Shown here: piece after piece, positions 56,129-64,000 of the stretch
Numbering within the stretch: the stretch's first letter is position 1
Layout: each line of letters starts with the position of its first letter
DNA from: Geosiphon pyriformis uo1
Taxonomy: Eukaryota; Fungi; Glomeromycota
NCBI GenBank assembly: GCA_016748015.1
Contig: JAAOMT010000664.1
Location: 1,912,576-1,976,575, forward strand
DNA: 64,000 nt
Reading direction: 5' to 3'
Position numbers and translations under genes: made by a program
The notes under the pieces: model-generated
What the model was told of the DNA's origin: nothing
Seen by the model: only the letters and a program-made list of their open reading frames with translations
The model's database searches: none

Positions 56129-58992
56129 CCACTTAGAATAATCATAGAATCAGAAAAAAAAACAATACTATTCAACATGTATTTAAATCTAACAACAGAA
56201 TACTTTTATAAAAAAGCAACCATAAAAAAAACCAGGAAGAAATATTATTGGCCATTTATGTATCCAGACATCATACAATATGTTCAAAATTGTAATATTT
56301 GTTAGAAAAGAAAAAAAACAAAACCTAGTAAACCATTAAGACCAATTAAAGTAAAACAATCATTCAATTTAAATTGGAATTGACTTAGTTAGACCATTAA
56401 TAATAACCAGTAAAAACAATTGGTACATAACAGTAGCCATAAATTATTTTACAAAATGGCTAAAAACAAAAGCAATTCAAAGAGCAAATGCAAAATCTAT
56501 AGCTGAATTTGTTCACCAAGATTTAATTTGTCGACATGAATGCCCAAAAAAATTATTATCAGACCAGAGAATTCATTTTGTAAACAGAACATTAATAGAA
56601 TTAAATCAAAGATTTAAAATCAAAAAACTATTATTATCATCATATTATCTACAAACAAATAACTTAGTTAAATGGTTTAACAGAACATTGTGTAAAATAA
56701 TAGCCAAGATTAACCAAAAAAGTCAAAATGAATAAGATTTGTTTATATTATCAGTATTATTTGCTTATTAGACAATAAAACAAAATACTACACAAGCAAT
56801 ACCATTTGAACTTGTCTATAATAAAACAGCAATATTACCAGTTGAGATAAATATCAACACATATTTAGCAAAACTAATAACAGAAGCCAATTTCCAAGAA
56901 AATTTGCTAAAAAAAACATATGACTTAATAGAAACATTAGAAAACAAAAAGCAAAGAGCAGTTAATAATATAAAAAAGTCACAAAAAAAACAAAAAAAAT
57001 AACACAATAACCAATTACCAGATAAACCAGTTGAATTTAAAATTGGAACAAAGTACTTTTACATTATATTAAAGCAAAAAAACAATAAAATAGAAAATTT
57101 GATTCCAAATAGAACAGACTATTTCATATTGAAAAAATTCTAAGAAATAGAGCTTATAAATTAAAATAAAACAACAAAATTTTAGTGAAATCAATACATA
57201 GAAATTAACTAAAACTATATCACAATATAGTATTATTATTTACCAATAATATTCTACAACTAGAAATACAATAAATATTAGTCCAACCAAATAAAATTCC
57301 ACAAGATCTGAAACCAATTATAATTATTAACACAAACATGTCAAATTGATCTACAAAAATAGTATATAAAAAGACATAATATATACAATAAAAGCAACAA
57401 TAAAAAAGATAAAAATCTTAGACCACATTTACACATTAACTCAACAATTATTCCAGACTATAAATCAACAATAATTAAATGTGAAAATTATTATCAATCA
57501 CCAAACAATTTGCTATTAAAACACAAAAAGGAAAAAAAAACAAGAATCACTTTATATTAGTGACCACAAAACCAAACAAAGCACTAATTAGATAAAGTTA
57601 TAAAAAAAGTAAAGAACACTTTTGGAAAAATACTACTAATGATTTCAACAAAAAAGCCAACTAAAAAAAACTAAAAGTTATAAATAGAACAACTTTTAGT
57701 ATTATATTGTTATTATTAGTTAAAACAAATGCTGAATATTTAAAAACTATATATTAATAAATTCAAAAGAATATTTAATCAAAAAATAATAAAACAGATT
57801 GAAAATTTTATTGGAAAGAGAACAAATTCTAAACTATACATTAAAACAATTTACTGACTACACACCATATTTCAAAACTATTCAGAAATATTATTACACC
57901 AAAAAATAGAAACAATAATTATTAACCAGTAAAGAAAAATAAATAACTCTTAATATAAAAAAATAAGAAACAGAATTAAACAAACAGTATTAGAAAAAAA
58001 ATAATAGATTTAATTCAAAATAAAAATTTTAATAGAGTTTAATATTAAAGAAGGAAATAATATTATTTATAAAAAAAGCACAAAAAAAGAAAGTAGAAAA
58101 AACAAATAAAAAAATAGATTAATAGAAAAATAATACTTAGCAAGTAAGTACAAGATCAGAAAATTATGACATATTGCTTAACAATGTGCATATTGTTAGT
58201 AAATTATAGCATATTGCTTAATAATAAACATATTATTAGAAAATCATAGTATATTGTTTAGCAATAAGTGTATTGTTAAAAAAAATAAGACATATTGTTC
58301 AGGAAAATATGAGATTTTATATAACAAGAATTATGTATATATAGTAAGAGTATTAGAAGCAAAAAAAACAAAACTAATATTAATAATCAATTAATTATCT
58401 AATATCCCCCCTTTAAAAAATAGTTTTCTATAACTTAAAGTAGAATTAAATCATATATTAATAAAATATTAATTATTACCTAAATCTATGTTATCATTAT
58501 TTGATTAAGAAATATTAATTACTTTTATTTTATTAACACTCCATATTAATAAAATCTAACACTTAACTACATTAAAACAATAGCTTTTGATCATGGCTAT
58601 TGATAAAATACTAATTTTTTATTTTTTTTTCTTTATTTTTTTTTAAATTTCTTTTGTTTGTTTTTTTGTTGTTTACTAATTGATAAAAAAATTAACACAC
58701 AAAGTTATTGATGTCAAAAAGTATTGATAAAAGATTCATGAAACAAAAATAAAAACTTGGGAATTAAGGATAGTTTATTAGAAAAAACCAGTCATCAAGT
58801 TAAAAAAAAATTTATAAAATACACTTCTGAAAGGATACAGAACACTAATTAAATCTCTATTTATTATATAAATAACTTAATTAAAATCTTCAGATTACAA
58901 AAATCTTTAAATATTACCAATCATATTAACTATTGAGTACCAAGTTATGGGTTTGTTATTTGTTTCAACATTCCAAATAATTATCTGTAACA
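56129..58992 (+). mobile_element. Gypsy D-right: integrase (to 57349), ORF3 (57409-58048), PPT and 3' LTR 58061-58992
   Basis: YYWPFMYPDIIQYVQNCNIC, IGIDLVRPL, LLSDQRIHFVN, QDLKPIIIINTNMSN*; AAAGAAGGAAATAA, then LTR TATTATTT..TGTAACA, homologous to 38017-38894. Confidence 0.9.
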
Positions 58993-59230
58993 ATATATAT
59001 CTGCTACTATTGTGATAAACAAAAACACATAAAAATAGATTATTATACAAGATTAAATAACCAATAATTGAAAAATCAATATCAAAATCCTAATTGCCAG
59101 TTCTAAACTTTGAATTACACTTAGGATCAAGAATCATATTAATCTTATTATACTCTAATAATACAACAACTAATATATTCATCTTCAGTATATCAAACTT
59201 CAACACTAGTTATCTATCAATTATAGTCAT
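58993..59230 (+). pseudogene. Gag zinc-knuckle fragment of a further Gypsy copy, the host of D-right and F
   Basis: ICYYCDKQKHIKID..; colinear with 39090-39325. Confidence 0.8.
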
Positions 59231-62200
59231 TGTTATTCATAAAAAGAAAACAGATATAGAAAATAGTAGACCAATAGGTGAGTAGTAGTTAGCATGTGAG
59301 CACATTGCTCAGCAATGTGGAACAATGTCAGAAATTATAGCACATTGCTCAGCAATATGGAGCAATGTCAGAAATCAAGGCATATTACTCAGCAATGTGG
59401 AGCGATGTCAAGTAAATATAACACATTGCTCAGCAATGTGAGCATTGCTCAAAAAATCATAGCACATTGCTCGGGAATGTGAGCAATCTCATAGAACATC
59501 AATTATGTATATATAGTGGTAGCATTAGAAATAAAAAGGACAGAATTCTTCCATGAGAATTCATCAGTTAGAAACCTTTTACATCACAAATATCAATAAA
59601 TAATTATTCACTATCTCAATTTACTCTTTACTATCAACACTTTATGTTGATAGTAATTGATACTTAACCCCATGGGAACAATAGCTCTTAATTATGACTA
59701 TTGATGAAATACTAACTTGTGCATTGCTTTGGCTCCATTCTTTATTTTATTTTCTTTTATTTTCTTTTCTTTCTTTGATTTTTATTGTTGTATACTAATT
59801 GATTGAGGATTAAAGCGCTGAGATACAGACATTATAGTGACTGGTAAAAGATCTGTGAAACAAGAGTAAAACACTCATAGATTTGAAAATAGCTTACCAG
59901 GAAGATTACTGGCCATCACACTGAAAAAAAAATTTGACAAAACTGAGGTTTTGGGAAGCTACAAATAAACTATCAATTCATTCTCTGTCTATTATACAAA
60001 AAATTCAACAACAAAACCTTCAGATATCAACACCAGAACACCAACCAAGTACCATGTTACGGATTTGTTATTTGATCTAAGACCCCAAATAATCATCTGT
60101 AACATTTGGTGCTTCTTGTATGGTATAATCCTACAAAAAACTAGCACCAACAAATAAATTAACAGTGACAGAATCAGAAAGTATAGAAGCAAACCATTTA
60201 GGATTTGCGAAATTCTTATTTCAACACTATTGTCAACACTTGAGATTGAACCACAATCAGATATTAGCAGAATCAGTCTTCAATTTCTATATCAATGAAA
60301 GAATTGTCTATTTGTTAAGAACACTAGTAAACACTAAATCAGCGAGAGAAACTTTTTACCACGAATTAATTCAAAACACCAGCTTACCAACAAATTATAA
60401 CTTCGCATCCATTATCACTAAGATTAATAAGGAAATTAAACATCATATACAACAAAAATATCTAATCACTTATGCAAGTAAAGACAAAAAAAATTACAAA
60501 CACCAGCAGTAACACCTCAACAGATTCAACTACCTACTTGGAAGAAATACAGAATTGAATCACCTACAAATCCATCATATCATTATACCCCTGGAAGCAC
60601 CATCAATATTGCATCAGCAGGTGTGTCTGCATCAAAAACAACATCAACATTTGGACGAATTTCATTCCAAAATAAACAAAGAAAAAAAGATCTATTAGGA
60701 CCATATGGCGCATACTTCGAGGGATTCAAATTGAGATCACCAATGCCATCAGGAATTTGATCACCACCATTTCAACAAAATTTTGGAATTATTGATCCAT
60801 AAGAACCAACCAAATTGGAAAAAAAACAAGAAGAGGAGGAAGAAGAATCTGAAGATCAAGAATTCACTTACCAGAACCTGATTATTAAGAACCCGGATAT
60901 AGAAACCTCAAATTTTCAGACTCAGCAAGATTAAAATCTAGAAAAGCCAGAAATTGAAACTCTGCCAAATCAGAATGACTGAAACCCCAACTTAATTAAT
61001 CAACAAAACTTATCTCCGAATATCATCATCAATCAGCCCCCAATTGAACCAATTATCGAACCAATTCAACAGTAGAAAATATCTCTTCAACAGCCACCAC
61101 TACAGCAACTTATCCAGCAACTGGTTTAGCAACCACAACAACAACCAATGGCTTATGTTCCAATTGCCAAAATCGAGAAATTTACTGGTGAAGAGGATAA
61201 TGCCCAAGTATGGCTCAATGATGTAGAAAAAGCCATTGCAGCCAATAGATGAAATGACAACAGAGCCCTTCAAGTGATTCCCTATTTTCTACAAGATACT
61301 GCCAACTTGTAGTATCAAAGTTTAGCCATTAAACCTCAAACATTCTAGGAATTCAAAACTGCATTTTTGGAATATTTCAGTAATAACAACAGCATTAATC
61401 GCTTAGCCAACACCTTCACCACAATCAAACAAGGAAAAACTGAAGCAGTTACTACTTACTTGGGATGTTTTCACAGCACCTTAAATTTTAAACCAGTTCA
61501 TTCGTGGACTGTATAGTAGCCTTTTTTAGCGCGTATGTCTAATGCATCCACAAACTTTCCAAATTGCTATCACAAATGCCAGAAATTTTGAATTGGCAGA
61601 ATTTGAAGCAAGCCATGTCCAAGCCATTAATCTAGTAATGAATAGATCATCTGAATTGGATTCCAAATTGAAACAATTCAGTGATTTAATTAATCAGAAA
61701 TTGGAAGAATACTTAGCTGACAATTGTGCAATTTATCAACCACTACAACAACCCAATAATTCAAAAAACATGAATCATTTCCAAAATCAGTTATGTTTAT
61801 CATCATCTCCAAATCAGTCATGGCAACAAGAAACATGTGTCTGCCATAACTGTGGTAAACAAAGCCACATTAGAGCCGACTGCTGATTTTATAATAATAA
61901 CCAATGATCAAGAAATTAATATTGAAACCCTGATTGCTGGTTCCCAACTCCAAGTTACCAATCTAACCCAGCATTATATCAACCAACTTACCTACTAATG
62001 ACGCAATAGCCAATGTATCAACCACCCATATATCAACCTCCAGTTTATCAACTGCAGCCACCAATAATATATCAACCACCGCAGTCACACATAATTTATC
62101 AGACACCCACAGTTCAAACACTGCCAGCAAATCCAGCTCAAATGACATCAGGAAACTTTAGATCGAAAGTCATCCAGAACTGAAGATCAGCAATGGTTGT

Positions 62201-64000
62201 TTACCAACTGATTCCCAGTTCATCTAACCAGTCATCAGAACCATGACAGCAGAGTTTAGAAATGGGATATATGCAAAACCTGGGTTTCCAAAACTATTTA
62301 AGTCTTCTGGTTATTCCAGAAGACACCCAACCCAATAATCAAGAAACCAACCAAAAACAATTACTTGCCAACAACATACCTCCAGCCATTGTCACCAACA
62401 ATAAATCACTAATAGTGATTTTTCCATTCAAACTCAAGGAAACCACACCAGTCCTATTATTTAGTGAAGCTGCTCTTGATACCAAACCAATTACTGTCAT
62501 GTACACTGATGCCAAAGTTAATGGCCATGCCATCAAACTGATCCTAGATAGTAGATTAGCTGGCAGTATCATCACATGACAACTCATGGACCAATTAGGT
62601 TGCCGAGTTGATTGCACAGCTAGTGCATGCATAATCATTGCTGATGGAGTGACTAAAATTCCAATTGGCGAAATTGACAACTTCTCTTTCAAAGTTAATA
62701 GCATTATTATGTCCATCAAAGTTTTAGTGATGAAAGCAACCCAAATATTAAACATTGGTAAACAATGATTGGTTATCCAAAACTAATGCTATACTTTGGA
62801 CCACTCAAGAATTACAACTCAGTTAAAATAGATGACACACATGTGTACCAGCCACATGTGGCCACTTCAAAACCACCAACTCGACAACACCACTCATTGA
62901 GTTTAAGGAAGAAGAGAGAAAACCTACTTGGAAAGCCTATCAAGTATCATGGACTGAAGCAGATCACAACAAGCTGCCACCAATACTATCATGGAACGAA
63001 CCAGAAAAAAGAAAACAAAGAGAAGAACTCATTTGGGAAACTGAAGATCTGACATGGACCAACAATGACAACAACAAACTGACATTAAATTGGGAGTAGA
63101 AAAAAGATAAAAGAAAAGACAAAAGGAAAGGGAAAGAAAAAGACACCACCCAAGCCAACAACACTTATATCCCAGCCACTTACGCTCTATCACAACAGTC
63201 TACCTACTGCTGACCCAAATTAATATGCACCAATTGCAGCAAGAAATTGTTGTCAATAGGCATATGCTGTGGCAACGATGAGGAATACCAAATGGTGACC
63301 AAATTTTACTACTGCATATGTGTTATAGAACACTTTGGATGACCAAAAAAGCAAGGAAAATGGAACAACAAACCTTGTCTAGCTTGTGGAGAAATCTTAC
63401 TCAATGAAGGAATGTGGAACAACATTCCTAGTCGAGAAGGAACATGTGATGCTTTGTGCCAGTACACGATCCTCATCAGCAACTGGATTAAGAAAGGGAC
63501 TCCAATAAAAGCCGCCTGGAGAAAAGCTGTACAGCAATTAGACAGTTGTCTATATGACAATAACAAGATCTGGAGAATGATGATGGCCAAGATAGAAGGA
63601 GCATCACCTGAAAAAATCAGAGAAATCAAAAACAACCCACCAGAACCCATAGAACTTGACTGGAACCCAGAACCAATCATAAACCTCCTAGATCCAGAAC
63701 AATTCTATGAACATTATCAAAAGCTAGCACCTACGAGAGAAGAGCAGAAACAATGCTTGGAAGAAATAAATACAAAACTATGTAACTATTGTTTAATTCC
63801 ATGTGACTTCTAATATTGTAATGAGTGTAATCTTATTTACAATCTACCATCATGCATGATCTACATGATCCCAAAAGAAAAAAAACCAATCAGCAGCTGC
63901 GCATCAAAATTGGAACCAACTTTTAATCCTGATTCAAACTCCGACAATGATGACAATAAAAACAATGGTTTTAGCTTCACTCCAATTAGCAACAAAAATT
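59231..64000 (+). mobile_element. Gypsy F: least decayed copy; 5' LTR 59231-60104, PBS, gag, PR, Cys-rich domain; runs off the window
   Basis: TGTTATTC..TGTAACA then TTTGGTGCTTC. MAYVPIAKIEKFTGEEDNAQVWLNDVEKAI; CHNCGKQSHIRADC; KLILDSRLAGSII. Gag end and PR are in the same frame (61542 and 62262). Confidence 0.92.
59299..59485. repeat. Five ~40-bp tandem units in LTR U3, each with the palindrome CACATTGCT-C-AGCAATGTG
   Basis: Palindromes start at 59301, 59341, 59381, 59422 and 59463. Decayed equivalents at ~38125-38220, 49860-49990 and 58165-58310. Confidence 0.9.

Noticed and set aside
27377-58048. Alternative genetic code or stop readthrough explaining the many in-frame stops
   Set aside because: Stops fall at different positions in different copies and derive from TGG/CAA/CGA by transitions; host genes use the standard code. 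Only the RH-end stop is positionally conserved.
38017-58992. One intact Gypsy D element bounded by similar LTRs
   Set aside because: Flanks do not match (ATAA vs ATAT; LINE vs gag) and ~560 bp of integrase is present twice; better explained as a chimera.
59299-59485. Regularly spaced palindromes resembling a CRISPR array
   Set aside because: The 'spacers' are similar to one another, the array lies inside an LTR and recurs in other LTRs, there are no cas genes, and the context is eukaryotic.
62339-63680. Minus-strand ORFs 62339-62755, 62964-63164 and 63309-63680
   Set aside because: Antisense shadows of the Gypsy F polyprotein.

Overview
AT-rich eukaryotic DNA. The short introns, the human-type DPM1 and the TE content point to a fungus, probably Glomeromycotina (Geosiphon-like); this is recall-based inference, not a database result. 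Only two intact host genes are present, each in a small CpG-retaining island: a DUF4291-family gene (2807-3533, 1 intron) and DPM1 (20104-21439, 8 exons, with a GC-AG first intron). Nearly everything else is nested, mutationally decayed TE sequence: RNase H-bearing LINEs (two large copies, two fragments), a hAT transposase relic, four TSD-flanked solo LTRs, and several copies of one unusual Ty3/Gypsy lineage. Comparing the copies reconstructs this layout: LTR - PBS held in a U5 hairpin - one long gag/protease/unknown Cys-rich domain/dUTPase/RT/RNase H ORF - conserved stop - separately encoded integrase ORF - conserved unknown ORF3 abutting the PPT - LTR. It makes 4-bp TSDs, and all 13 readable junctions are centred on a pyrimidine-purine step, often ancestral CpG. 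All TEs show directional C>T/G>A decay that extends beyond CpG (RIP-like). The 38-59 kb block appears to be a chimera of two loci. All alignments and translations were done by eye.
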